A stretch of 64,000 nucleotides of DNA from assembly GCA_964016885.1 (NCBI GenBank), contig OZ024759.1:13516001-13580000 (forward strand), given 5' to 3'. The DNA comes from Eledone cirrhosa. Its lineage: Eukaryota. Shown in pieces: positions 13,990 to 26,792 of the stretch. The position numbers were made by a program, and so were the translations under genes. The notes below the pieces were generated by a model. That model saw only the letters and a program-made list of their open reading frames with translations. It did no database searches and was not told where the DNA came from. Every line of letters begins with the position of its first letter. Position 1 is the stretch's first letter.

Positions 13990-14640
13990 ACCACTAGGGC
14001 AAGTGCCCTCTCCTAGTTGTCTTCCTTCAATACTACAGGCACACACACAGGGCAGACCCATTCTTGCCTCTCTCACCAACCTTTCACCAAACTGGCAGGA
14101 AGGCAGCACCTCCCTCTCCACTATGATTTTCCTGTTCAGGAAATCATTATTGCACCAGTTTTTGCAATTCTTGCACTTAATTCAGCCTCTAGCCTTCCAT
14201 CACTCATGAACATGGTCTTGACTAACTTGAACTTCTCTACCTGCTTCAGTGGAACTCCAATTACATGTGGGGTGCACTGCACATGCTTCCTTGAGAGGAT
14301 GAGTGTCTCAGTTTTCACAGCACTGATTTTCATTTCAGCTATGCAGCACTTGGCATCAAACCTATCGAGTGCAAGTTGAAGATTACCTTCTGTCAAGTTA
14401 AGTAACACTATGTTGTCTGCAAATTCCAGCTGACTGATTTTACACCTGCCAGTCATGATACCACTTCCAGCCCAAAGGACTCTGTCCCCACAACCCTCTC
14501 AAGAATAACTGGATGATAATGAAGAAGAGAAGATCTGGAAAGCCGTTTCTGCAAGAGATACAGAAAATAGTACTGGCTGGTACTGATGCTGACTGGTAGA
14601 GTCCAAGTCCTGAGAAGGACATTATCAATTTAAAAACCTT
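13990..14640 (-). mobile_element. Degenerate RTE-like RT fragment
   Basis: ISQLEFADNIVLL...KISAVKTETL..QVEKFK; decayed FADD region. Confidence 0.7.
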
Positions 14641-15482
14641 GTAAAGACATTTACTGTTGCTTGTGCCCTTGTGACATCATTTGTGTGACAATTGATTGTA
14701 AAATGTGTGGATTATCAAATTTTGCCTCAGGTGTCAGGTTGACACTCCGTATGATTTGGGAAAGAAGAAGAACTCAAAGGAAGTTTCAAATAATAATTGT
14801 TTCTACTTTAGGCACAAGGCCAGCAATTACCCCAGTGCATTACTGGTACTTTATTTTATCGACCCTGTAAGGATGAAAGGCAAAGTCAACCTCGGCGGGA
14901 TTTGAACTCAGATCGTAAAGGGACGTAACTATGCTAATAATAATAATAATAATTGTTTCTACTTTTGGCACAAGGCCAGCAAATACCCAGTACATTACTG
15001 GTACTTTATTTTATTGACCCCATAAGGATGAAAGGTAAAGTTATCCTCGGCGGGATTTGAACTCAGATCGTAAAGGGACGTAACTCTTTGCGTCAAAGCA
15101 TGGCGTCTGACCCTCTACCGATACTGCCAATCCACCGCCCTAAATAAATAAATAATAATAAATAAATAATATAAATAATTGTTTCTACTTTAGGCACAAG
15201 GCCAGCAATTACCCAGTGCATTACTGGTACTTTATTTTATCGACCCCGTAAGGATGAAAGGCAAAGTCAACCTCGGCGGGATTTGAACTCAGATCGTAAA
15301 GGGACGTAACTATGCTTGAAAGCATGACTTCCGACCCTCTACCGATACTGCTAATCCACTAATGGTTTCTGATTTAGGCACAAGGCCATCAATTTTGGAG
15401 TCAGTTATATTGACCTCGGTACAATATCACCACCAGAACCAACAACAACAACAACATAATAAGAACCTGTTTTGCTACTTAC

Positions 15483-15561
15483 ATATTCCAGAGTATTCTT
15501 CAACTCAGCATTATTTTCCTTGAGAGATCGAGATATTGACCACAGATAGAATATGACCATA
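15483..15561 (-). CDS. tmc: TMC gene exon, MVIFYLWSISRSLKENNAELKNTLEY
   Basis: tactaac branch-like motif, ctccag acceptor, gtaagt donor; 79 nt; matches the TMC 'IYYL....L..AN.DLK..L' pattern. Confidence 0.92.
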
Positions 15562-15689
15562 CTGGAGCAGTGGAGTTAGTAAAGAGATAGTACAGAGAAT
15601 ATATAATTATGTATATATAAGTGATGGTAAAATGAACAGACCTACTCATTCTTCTTTATCTTTCTATTTCTTCTTTAATTTCTCCGTCT

Positions 15690-15728
15690 AGTTTCTGAAG
15701 AAAGACTAGTGTTTGAAACGTTAAAACT
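15690..15728 (+). ncRNA. Minimal type-I hammerhead
   Basis: agttt-CTGAAGA-aagactagtgttt-GAAA-cgt-TA-aaact; AACGTT palindrome. Confidence 0.65.
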
Positions 15729-15831
15729 TTTCCTACTATATTAAGTGTGAAACTAATATATATCCTCATTGTACTTCATCGTCTATTGTGTTTTTTTCCA
15801 TTTACTTTTTGCAGACATATATATATATATA

Positions 15832-16224
15832 CAAGGGTAATTCCAAAAGTAAGGTCTCCAAAGCGATGGGGACGCAGAGAAACTGTTTGTACGGCTGTTG
15901 GCAACACTGTTGTGATTGGTGCTTCCTTCACTCCCAAACAAACATGTGCGCGCTTCGCTGGAATGCTCAATCTTGGCTTGGCAGCCGTTGAGAATGGAGC
16001 TCCCGTTGAACGCTACCACCAAGTGTGAATTTCGCACAGTTATTATATAGAGGGCAATCCCCAAAATAAGGTCTCCTTCTGAGATAAACATGCGTAAAGA
16101 TTGGCGGATCACTCTGGATGTTCTCTGCATTTTGGTTCCTGAGGTTTCCCGAAGCACCATCCACAGGATTTTAACGGAAAAGTTGCAATATCGGAAGGAG
16201 ACCTTACTTTTGGGATTTCCCTCG
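15832..16224 (+). mobile_element. Internally deleted mariner/Tc1 element
   Basis: TA-flanked ~28-bp TIRs (caagggtaattccaaaagtaaggtctcc); transposase remnants MELPLNATTKCEFRTVI and RITLD..VSRSTIHRILTEKLQYRK; third internal TIR at ~16050. Confidence 0.85.
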
Positions 16225-16549
16225 TATATATATATACATATATGAAACACCAAATTTAAATAATTTTGAAAACCCTACAATGTATTAGAGAGAAAATCAA
16301 GATTGCTAAGATAACAAGAGGATCTTACCATAGCAAATTTGATAATCTCAAATATTTTCGGGTTTAAAAACCCGTTATCAAGGGAGTAAACCTATGAGAG
16401 ACTTAAAAGATCAATTGGTGTTGACTTGTTTGTTTGGAGAGCAGATTTATATGTAAATATATATCTGTATATAAGTGTCTACATATGAGTGCTTCAATGT
16501 CTGTATGTATGTATATATATATATACAACTCTTCTGCAACTATATATAT

Positions 16550-18700
16550 CATCATCACCGTTTTATGTCCATTCTTCCACGCTAGCATGGGTTAGACGGG
16601 TTGTCCTGTTGTGGGCAGTATCCAGTCGGCTGACCTTGTCTTGCTCATATGGGAACTGATTCTGGCTTAATTTCTACAGCTGGATGCCCTTCCTAACACC
16701 AACCTCATTTACAGTGAGTGCTGGGTGCTTTTTTTTTCGTGGTGCCTACACGACCACTTTACAGTGTGGGCTGGATGATTTTTTGTCGTGACACCTCCAC
16801 AACCACTTTGCAGTGGGTCGGGATGGGTGCATAGTGTCTATATGCTTCAGCTTGTTTCCGTGGGAAGTCAGGTCTTCTGTATTACTGCGTGACGCCAGAG
16901 GTCACAGTCCTGTGTCATCGCCTTTGAGAGGTACAATTGGGTAGGTCGGCTTTTACCACCTCATCCCAGGTCTTCTTGGATCTCCCCACTCCAAGGCTTC
17001 CATCGACTTCTAGTGCTCTGCACCTTTTTATGCATCTGCCATCCTTTATACACATCACATGTCCATACCAATGCATCCGCCTCTTCTGCACACAGCATTT
17101 GGTTCCTCTTATGCTCAGTCTCTCTCTCAGTTTGTTTATGCTTTGCCGTTCGCGTATAATACTATTACATATCCATCAGAGCATGCAGGCTTCATTTCTT
17201 TCTAATCTACACAAGTCTTCTACACACAACGCCCAGGCCTCACTACCTTATGGCATTGCTATTCGTAAGCACACATCATACAGTCTGCCTTTCATTTTGA
17301 GGGAAAAGCCTTTTGCAGCTAGCAATGGTAGCAGCTCCCTGAACTTTTTCCATCCCATTTTTACCCTGGTTACTGTAATTTCAGAACACCCACCTCCACT
17401 GCTAATTTGGTCACTTAGGTAGCAGAAGCTGTCTACTATTTCTACAGAGCCCTCCCAGAGTTTGACAGTGGTTGTTTCTTGTGGCTGTTTGCTGCTTACT
17501 GTCCCGGTGCAGCTGCTACAAGTAAAGCCTACATTCTTAACTAAGTTTCCTGAGATCCCACTACATCTCTTGCATACCCATAGTGTGCATTTGGGGCAGA
17601 GGATGGAATTCTTACCTACACCTTTCCTACATATTGAGCAAGGCCATTTTCCTGGGAGGACCTGGGTTCTGTTTATTGTCTACTTACGAGGACCTTAGTC
17701 TTTGTCAGGTTGACTTTGAGACCCCTTCTTTCTAGTCCCTGCTTCTATGTTTGGAATTTTTTCTTTAGTTTCGCCATAGATTCAGCTATAAATGTAAGAT
17801 CATCCGCATACAAAAGTTCCCCTGCAATACTATAATAAACAGGAGAGGGCTAAGAACAGAGCCCTGGTGGACACCGACCTGTATGCTAAATTCTTTGCTA
17901 TAGTTATTGTTCACCCTAACTTTGCTGACTGCTCCCCTATACATGGCTTGTACAGCTTTCAGAAACCATTCATCTACTCCTAGTTTTCTAAGAGCCCACC
18001 AGATTATAGCATGGGGCACTCTGTCAAAGGCTTTTTCCAGATTGACAAATGCCAGGTAGAGTGGCTTACTTTTAGCTAGGTACTTTTCCTGTAACTGCCT
18101 CACAAGGAAGAGAGCATCAGTGGTGCTTTTTCCTGGCACAAACTCAAATTGCATCTCATCTAGTTTTACCTGGCCCCTAATCAACTGTGCTATAACTCTT
18201 TCCGTTATTTTCATGACCTGGTCCATCAGCTTTATACCTCTATAGTTTCCTCTATCTAGTGCATTTCCTTTACCCTTGTAGCAGTTGACAATGATGCTGC
18301 TGTGCCAATCCTTTGGTATGATCCCCTCTTGTATTACCTAGTTAACAATACGTGCGGTTATGGTGTGACCTACCGACCCAGATGCCTTCAGCATCTCAGC
18401 AGCTATACCCGATGGACCGGTTGCCTTCCCAGTCTTCATATCTTTAATTGCCTTACTTACTACGCTGCTGCTGACTTGTATTGCTGGTCCCTCTATAGGG
18501 TCGACTTGGGGTAGAGCCTCTCTCTTCCATGCATTCCCTCATTTAATAATCTTTCATAATGGCTCTTCCATGCAGCTTTCTTCTCGACACTTGTGAGGGC
18601 AAGCTCACCTTTATCATTCCAGACATACTTCTCTCCCATTACATCATAATTTTCTCTCAACACCTGTTTCTGGTTCTCATGCTGAAAAACATGCTTGAAT
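16550..18700 (-). mobile_element. Degraded RTE LINE, antisense copy
   Basis: ORF 17786-18226 encodes RT ([14 protein letters not shown]); reverse complement of the 3690-5970 family. Confidence 0.92.
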
Positions 18701-18859
18701 TTTCTCTCTCTATATATATAGTTACAGCAGAGTTGTTTATCTTAGTTGGTACATAGTAACTACCTGATGATAAGCAAGTCCTAGTGAACCAAAGTACTAG
18801 ACGTCAGTAGTTTATCCTAAGTAGGTGATATTGAGTCCTTGAGTATTCATATATCAAAT

Positions 18860-19047
18860 AATTGTTTCTACTTTAGGCACAAGGCCAGCAATTACCCAGT
18901 GCATTACTGGTACTTTATTTTATCGACCCCGTAAGGATGAAAGGCAAAGTCAACCTCGGCGGGATTTGAACTCAGATCATAAAGGGACGTAACTATGCTG
19001 GAAAGCATGGCGTCCGACCCTCTACCGATACTGCCAATCCACCGCCC
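18860..19047 (-). mobile_element. Second SINE family, Nin-DC-like body (copies 7389-7580, 10975-11230, 14790-15420, 32500-33390, 35745-35946, 38980-39175, 53410-53527)
   Basis: gggcggtggattggcagtatcggtagag head, GAGTTCAAATC box B, gcctttcatcc..ggggtcgataaaat..gtaccag body, (ATT)n tail. Confidence 0.88.
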
Positions 19048-19139
19048 TGGTATCATGGTATTTTAGACTGGATTAAATAAAATAATGGTATTTTAGACTG
19101 GATTAAATCACCATAATTGTTTATTGCATTATATATATT

Positions 19140-19765
19140 TACAGTGTGGGCTGGGTACTTTTTTGCCGTGGCACTTCAACGACCATTTTGCAGTGGGAGG
19201 GTGTGGGGGCATATTGTCTATATGCTTCAGCTTTGGCTTGTACTCGTGGGGGTTTGCTCTTCTGTATTACTGCGTGATGCCAGAGGTCATGGTCATGTGT
19301 CATCGCCTTTGAGAGGTGTAATTGGGTACGGTCGGCTTTTATCATCTCATTCCAGGTCTTCTTGGGTCTCCCCACTCCGCGGTTTCCATCAACTTCTAGT
19401 GCTCTGCACATTTTTATTCAGCTGTCATCCTTCATATGCATCACATGTCCATATCAACACAACCTCCTCTCCTGCACACATCATTTGATTCCTCTTATGC
19501 TCAGTCTCTCTCTCAATTCATTTATGCTTTGCCATTCGCGTATATTACTATTACACATCCATCGGAGCATGCAAGCTTAGTTTCTTTCTAATCTACGTAA
19601 GTCTTCCACCTTCAGCGCCCAGGTCTCACTACCATGTAACATTGCTGTTCGGATGCACGCATCATACAGTCTGCCTTTCATTTTGAGGGAAAAGCCTTTT
19701 GCAGCTAGCAATGGCAGTAGTTCCCTGAACTTCTTCCATCCCGTTCTTACCCTGGTTACTGTACT
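19140..19765 (-). mobile_element. RTE 3' fragment
   Basis: WKKFRELLPLL...MLHGSETW translated on the minus strand. Confidence 0.88.
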
Positions 19766-20037
19766 ATATATATATATATATATTGTATATATTGATAGTC
19801 TGTGGTACTGGGACCAGGAAGACCACAAATCAAAGAAGTACTTGATACATGGTAAGATGTAGAATTGATAAATTAGTGAAAGTAGAGGATCTACTGCAAG
19901 TTCGGTGGTGGTCGGCTAGTTTCGTCTTCTCTGAGTACAATTGCAACACTCCTCCTCTCAAACAACTGAGATCCAACGACCAACACATTTCATACAAAAA
20001 CAAAACTTATAATAAATTCACAAAATGTAATAACTAC

Positions 20038-20148
20038 CTAAATGCTCCAAGAAATATGAAGGAGGTTGCTGGGTTTTTTGCGTATTGCATGATGAATGCA
20101 AAAACAGCCGACTGTTTCTCGAGAACGTCCATCACATCTTCTTGGTTA
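20038..20148 (-). CDS. tmc: TMC gene exon, (S)NQEDVMDVLEKQSAVFAFIMQYAKNPATSFIFLGAF
   Basis: long pyrimidine tract plus tag acceptor, gtagtt donor; 111 nt, phase 2-2; links CGPF to the last TM helix in frame. Confidence 0.88.
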
Positions 20149-20380
20149 CTAAATGGAGGAATAGAGAGAGAAATAGAATGGTCAGACATAGCTTGTTTAA
20201 TAAATGGAGAGTAGAGAGATATAGAGTGTTTTATACATAGCTTGGTTAGTAAATGGGGAGTAGAGAGATATATAGAGCGTTTATACATAGCTTGGTTAGT
20301 AAATGGGGAGTAGAGAGATACACAGTAGTTATATATAGCTTGGTTAGTAAATGGGGGGGGGGGGTGAGAGAGATAGACAG
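20140..20380. repeat. ~50-bp tandem repeat overlapping a TMC splice acceptor
   Basis: cttggttagtaaatggggagtagagagat at ~20141, 20191, 20241, 20291, 20339. Confidence 0.85.
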
Positions 20381-21530
20381 TGGTTATATATTTTAATTTT
20401 TTTTATTTATTCTTATCTCTGTCTGTCTGCGCATGCATTTGTGTGTGTGTTTTCTATTTGTTGTGTGTGTTCGTGTTTGAGTCTATCTTTGTTCACTAGT
20501 GTGTGTTTATGTGTGTTTGTTGTTATTGTACTTGTGTATATATATATATTTATTTATTTATATTTTCCTTAAGTCAGTATTGTTGGTTTGGGTATGGTTG
20601 TTGTTGTTATTCAATTCGTTCTTTCTGTTCAATTTTGTTTAGCTTAGTTCTATTTCAGTTGCTTCTCTGATTTGTCTTCCTGTTGAGTCATTTCTATGTT
20701 TAGATATTATTTTAATTTGAATGTCGTCTATATTATCGTCATGTCTTTGTCTGGCGTGTTTATATAGTATCGAACTGTCTTTTTGTTCTTTAGGTGGGTA
20801 TGTGGTCAGTCATCCTGTCTAACTGGATATGGTATACTGGCACATGGTCAAACAAGGAAGAAGGAACATACCTCATTATTATGTTATAGAAACATTTTTT
20901 AATAGGAGCAATTACAGAATATATTCAAATACATTAGTGCTCCTAGGTTGGGATATTTCTCAATCATCATATACTGCCGCGACCGCATGGTGTGATATCG
21001 TCTTTTGGATCACTGCATGGACCACATCTATTGCCTCCGAGTTATCATTGTTCAAGAGCTTTGTTTCAGCTACTGACGTCAGAACTAAGGGCAGTTAATC
21101 GACTGCCTTCACAGTCGACGCTAGATGGCGTGATCTTCTACAGTTCTTTTAGTTCACCCCAGTGCTGGTCTAATCTATTTCCTATCTATGCTTCGAGCTG
21201 TCTCGCCTATGTATGTCATTATCATGCTTCTGCAAGTACCCTCTGTACATTTTATGCTATAGATATTACAATACAATGGGAGGAAACATAATTGTACCAC
21301 TGATGATGTCACAGATGTGTGACGAAAGAACTTTGATAGACTATATATATATTTATATCTGTATTTTTAACCGTTGGTCAATCAATGATAAACATTGATT
21401 GCCAGATAAATTAACTATGGCGATATAAAAGACACAGAAGCAAAAACCAATCCAAACTAAACAGTGAGTGTGTTTTATTATTATTTCTGGCAATATTATA
21501 ACAATATGACCCTCCCCAAATATAACAAAA
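20380..21530. mobile_element. Penelope-like remnant: antisense GIY-YIG end plus sense pseudo-LTR, interrupted by a ~350-bp insert
   Basis: 20400-20790 and 21143-21270 are reverse complements of 49770-50200; 21270-21530 matches 50250-50522. Confidence 0.75.
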
Positions 21531-21901
21531 TATATATATATGTATCGGTGGCAAAACACGCATCACCAACCAATAAACGTAATGAAGGAGTAACCACTCG
21601 TCCTTGTTTTATTTTATTTTATTATATATAGAGTCCAAATAACAGATTGACCACTCATCACAACTTCGAAGTCACTGTTGTATGTATGCATGTATGTACG
21701 TAATGTATGGTTGTATATATGTATGTATGTATGTATGTATGGATGTATGGATGGATGGATGGATGGATGGATGGATGGATGGATGGATGTATGTATGTAT
21801 GGTTGTATGTATGTATGTATGTATGTATGTATGTATGGATGTATGGATGTATGTATGTATGTATGTATGTATGTATGTATGGATGTATATATGTATGTAT
21901 G

Positions 21902-21935
<34 letters not shown>

Positions 21936-23693
21936 TGTATGTATGTATGGATGTATATATGTATATATGTATGTATGTATATATGTATGTATGCATATAT
22001 CAAAGGGTAAAGGAGCTCTTAAGAGTCAATGGCCATCCAAAATCACCGGGAGAAATGACCCCTTAGCCTTTGTCAAGGCAGAATTCTAGGAGAAGGAAAA
22101 CTCTGATATAACACCTGCAACCCTGATGGTATCCAATGATGTTGACTTGTTCTTCTTTTTGGTAAATATCATCTTGGTTAAGAGAGTGGGACTGGCTTTG
22201 TGCAGTGCCTTTGCTCACTATAAAAGCTTCACGGCACAGGCATTGCTTTATATCTGGAGATCTCTCTGCACTTGTCATCACAAGGTACCATGGGCCCACC
22301 ACTATGTGTCAATAATTGTCACAGGTGTAGTGTTTGTACCAGAGTTTTCAAGTCGCTGGCTAGACTAAAAAGTCACACTCGTTCAGCGCATCGGTAGGGG
22401 TTCTCCTACATGGATATAAAGTAGTGGCCGTACTTGAAAACGAGTTGGCAGCCACCATGTATGCATGCATGTATGTATGTAATGTATGTATGTATATATG
22501 TATATATGTATATAATGTATGTATGTATGCATGTATGTAATGTATGTATATATGTATATATGTATATATGTATGTATGTATGTATGTATGCATGTATATA
22601 TGTATATATGTATGTATGTATGTATGCATGTATGTAATGTATGTATATATGTATGTATATATGTATATATGTATGTATGTATGCATGTATATATGTATAT
22701 ATGTATGTATGTATATATGTATGTATGCATTTATATATCTATGTATGTATGTATATGTCAGGTCACCAGTTGGTAACATGTATCCCAATACAACCTGTCT
22801 CATGGTCGGGTCGTTGGCGACTAAACTGGCAACCCCACCAAGGTTTCTTGGTGAGGAGGGTGACTTTGGACATCCTGCAGGACTAAAAACAAAACCTGTC
22901 AAAGGGAAAAGGAGCTCTTAAGAGTCAATAGCCATCCAATATCATCTTGGTTAAGAGAGTGGGACTGGCTTTGTGCAGTGCCTTTGCTCACTATAAAATC
23001 TTCATGGCACAGGCATTGCTTTAAATCTGGAGATCTCTCTGCACTTGTCGTCACATGGTACCATAGGCCCAGCACTATGTGTCAATAATTGTCGCAAGTG
23101 TAGTGTTTGTACCAGAGTTTTCAAGTCGCTGGCTGGACTAAAAAGTCACACTCATTCAGCGCATCGGTAGGGGTTCTCCTACATGGATATAAAGTAGTGG
23201 CCGTACTCGAAAACGAGTTGGCAGCCACCACCATGTATATATGTATGTTAGAAATAGTCGGGCTGGACACCCAGTAAAACCACTGGGAGTGAAGGACCCC
23301 TAGCCTTTCTCAGGGCATTCTTCTAGGAGAAGGCAACTCAGGAAACTGGGATAACTCCGACATAAAACCTGCAGCTCAGTAGTAACTGATGGTGTTGATC
23401 TTTTCTTCTCTTCGGGTTATAGCTACTGTCGCTCAGAGAGTGGGATTGGCTCAGTGCAGTCTTTCCTCACTTTAAAAAATATCTTCACGCACAGGTGTTG
23501 CATGATAGAATTAGTTAATAATTATTAATAACGGTATATCTTGCAATGGTCATACTCGATAACGAGGGGGCAGCCATCATATCATGTATGTATATATGTA
23601 TGTATATATGTATGTAATGTATGTATGTATGTATATCTGTATGTTATGTATGTATATATGTATATATATATGTAATGTATGTATGTATATATG

Positions 23694-25880
23694 TTTTCTC
23701 TTTCTCTTAATTTCGAGTATATTTTTTTGACCGGCCACCTTCCTGGTGGCAAGGTTGTAAAAGAAAAGAAATTGTCATCCCTTGAAGCGCAAGAATGTTT
23801 TGCAAATTTTGAAGGTGCCAGCTATCGCAGCCATTTGTAGACTATGAATTAGGGAGCTGCGCTTCTTGTCCGCAAATCCAAGTTCGGTCATACTTTGGTC
23901 CAAGCGGGTTGGTATATAACCCGTAGCACCAATAATGATGGGTATGAAGCTAAAGGTGTATCTTGGATACTGGATTTGTAAACTCCTCATCAATGGTCCG
24001 TAGATGTCCTCCTTCTCCTGTATTTTTCTGACAACGTTTACATCAAGTGGGCAGCTGATCTCCACAACAGAACACGTTTTCAATGTGTGGTCCCAAACTA
24101 CAATATCAGGCCGGTTGTGCTTTAATTTGGTGGCAGTTTTTATTTTCAGGTTCCACCAGTATTCCTTAGTGCCATCTGTCTCAATATATTCTTCCTCGTT
24201 TGTTGTTAATTTTGTTTTCCGAAGTGCGTTCCAGATAGTTCTAGCTATCCCATCGTGTCTCATGGGGAGGTAGTAGCGAGATGACATTCTTTCGCAGCTG
24301 GCAACAATGTGGCTTATATCCTCGATCTTTGTTTTACATAGCCTACATTTATTGTCAGCTGCTGGCCCTCCTCTTTTGTGCAGCAGATATTTGGTAGGGA
24401 GTTCTTGTTCCTGTATTGCATAGAGATATCCCTCAAGGTGTGATGTCATAAACTTGTCGGAACTCCATGCCAGGCTTTTTGAGTGGTTTATCCCCTCTAT
24501 GGTCTGTGTTTTATGCCTCAAGTATCCATGCACAACTTTCTCTGTAAATTGGTCAATTTTTTTTTCTTGTTTGAACATTGAATAGGATCTTCCGATTTCT
24601 CTGGGTGAGAGATTTATATCAGGCTTTATTCCATATCTCTCCTCCAGATCAGTCGCTATTCTAATGATATTTCTTTTTTCATGCTCATAAACCTGAGCAA
24701 GATGGTCGCCAACCTTTTTCCTCTGTTGAAGGTGTTGCTTCAGTGTTACTATCCGGGTCTCATATGTTGTTAATATTGATTTTAGACCCCGGCCACCTTC
24801 CTTGCGTGAGAAGTATAGCCTATCCACATCACCATTGATGTTAAAGTTCCCAGTAACACTGAGAAGTTTTCGAGTTCTAACATCCATCTCACTTAGTTCT
24901 TGCAATGACCAGTTCAGTAGGCCAAATGTTGGCGTTAGAATTGGCACAGCATAGGTATTGTGGGCAATGTATTTATTGTATGCTGACAGTTCTGATGACC
25001 ATATTTTTTTTACTCTTCTGAGGTATTCAGTTCTGGTTCTCTCCTTATTTATGGGTCCATCATATCTGACATTCTCATCCTGTCCAAGATATCTGTAGTT
25101 GTCACCTGACTGCAGAGGTTGTATTGTCAGGCCGTTCATCTCTAGATTTCTAGAGGAGGGCACAGCTCTTCCACGTTTTACTGCCAAATATGCACACTTG
25201 GACTCACCAAATTTCATTTTGATGTCGGTTGAAAATTGTGTAATGAGGTCCAATTGTTTCTTGATGTCATTGATATTTGGCCCATACAACTTCAGGTCAT
25301 CAACAAAGAAAAGATGGGAGATACTTCTGGGCCCACTTCTTTGTCCACCTTGTTTCCTGAGTAGGTAAGATAGTGGATTCAGTGAGAGAACGAAGAGTAG
25401 TACTGACAAGCTATCACCCTGAAAGATGCCCTTCTGGTAATGTATCCTATCAGTCTTAACCTGCTCCTTCTCACCTCTAAGGATCAAATTGGTGTACCAG
25501 TTCTTGGTCAGGCGTTCAACAGCAGCTACTAATGGTTGTGGGACTTTAGCTAACTGTAAAGCCTTAATAATCCACCCATGAGGTACACTATCAAATGCTT
25601 TTTGATAGTCCAGCCACACGACAGTCATGTTTCTGCGATTCTTTGTTGTTTTTTTCCTGAACCATTTTGTTAGTTAGTAGGTGATCTATGCAACCCCACA
25701 CCTCCCTCTTTCCACCAGCTTGCTCAGGTGTTATGATGTTGTTGGTAGCACAGTGATCCTGTAAGAACAGGTTAAGGCACCCAGTATATAATTTATACAT
25801 GATGTTTTGGCAGGCAATTGGGCGGTAATTTTTAGCAAGGGTGGTTTGGCTATTTTTGGGAATGAGGAGAGTAGTGGCAG
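23694..25880 (-). mobile_element. R4/Dong-like non-LTR retrotransposon (RT plus restriction-like endonuclease), 5'-truncated
   Basis: 617-aa ORF with WLDYQKAFDSV, GIFQGDSLS, FFVDD, CCHC knuckle CRLC..HIVASC, RHD and RPDIVVWD..E REL motif; frameshifted upstream part at 25591-25860; embedded in (TGTA)n. Confidence 0.9.
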
Positions 25881-26312
25881 TATCTGTACGTAATGTATGT
25901 ATGTATATATGTATTTATATATGTATGTATCTATATGTATATCTGGATGTAATGTATGTATATATATATATATATATATGTAATGTATGTATGTATATAT
26001 GTATGTATATCTGTACGTAATGTATGTATATATGTATTTATATATGTATGTATGTATGTATGTATATGTATGTATGTATAGTCCCATAAATCCTGGTGGA
26101 GCCTGAGGGGTACTGTAGTGACATACAGTGTTTCTAAGGCACCCTTTAAACCTTATGGAGCCCATCTCTCCAGGTCTGATTACAGCAGATTTCTTCCAGA
26201 AAAGGATAGAGTGAGAGAATGGGAGTTAGAAAAAGATATAGAGGAAAAATGAACCCCAGTTCTAGACTAGTACTTTTTTATCGACTTCGAATGAATGAAC
26301 GGCAAAGATAAC

Positions 26313-26398
<86 letters not shown>

Positions 26399-26733
26399 GT
26401 AGGAGGTGAGTTTTATTGTAGTACAATAAAGCAATGCAGATATCGGATAAGAAGCACTCTACAGTTTGTAGGACTGGAGTATACATCCTTTCCACCCCCC
26501 TCTCTAAATAACATTTTTTTTTTTTGTTTTTTTTTTTCCCAATATCACACATCAATCTAAAACTACTTCTCATATGTTGATTTAAAACTGCACTATCCAC
26601 AAGTGTTTTTTAGCCTTCATATCATGTCCTCCTGTTTTATCTGATGAAAACACAAATATTATTGCATGATGATGTTTGTTTTTGAAATGCGCATAATAAA
26701 ATACATGGAACTCCTTTAACCATCTTTTGATCT

Positions 26734-26792
<59 letters not shown>

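Noticed and set aside
16329-16391. AG/GT-bounded open segment VYSLDNGF...FAM on minus
   Set aside because: Open in phase 0, incompatible with the flanking phase-2 junction, and no TMC similarity
18758-18812. CTGATGA-containing hammerhead candidate
   Set aside because: No properly placed GAAA or stem II
26400-26505. Candidate TMC exon GVERMYTPVLQTVE following CGPF
   Set aside because: Purine-rich acceptor, no donor, runs into (TA)n; exon 20038-20148 fits phase and topology better
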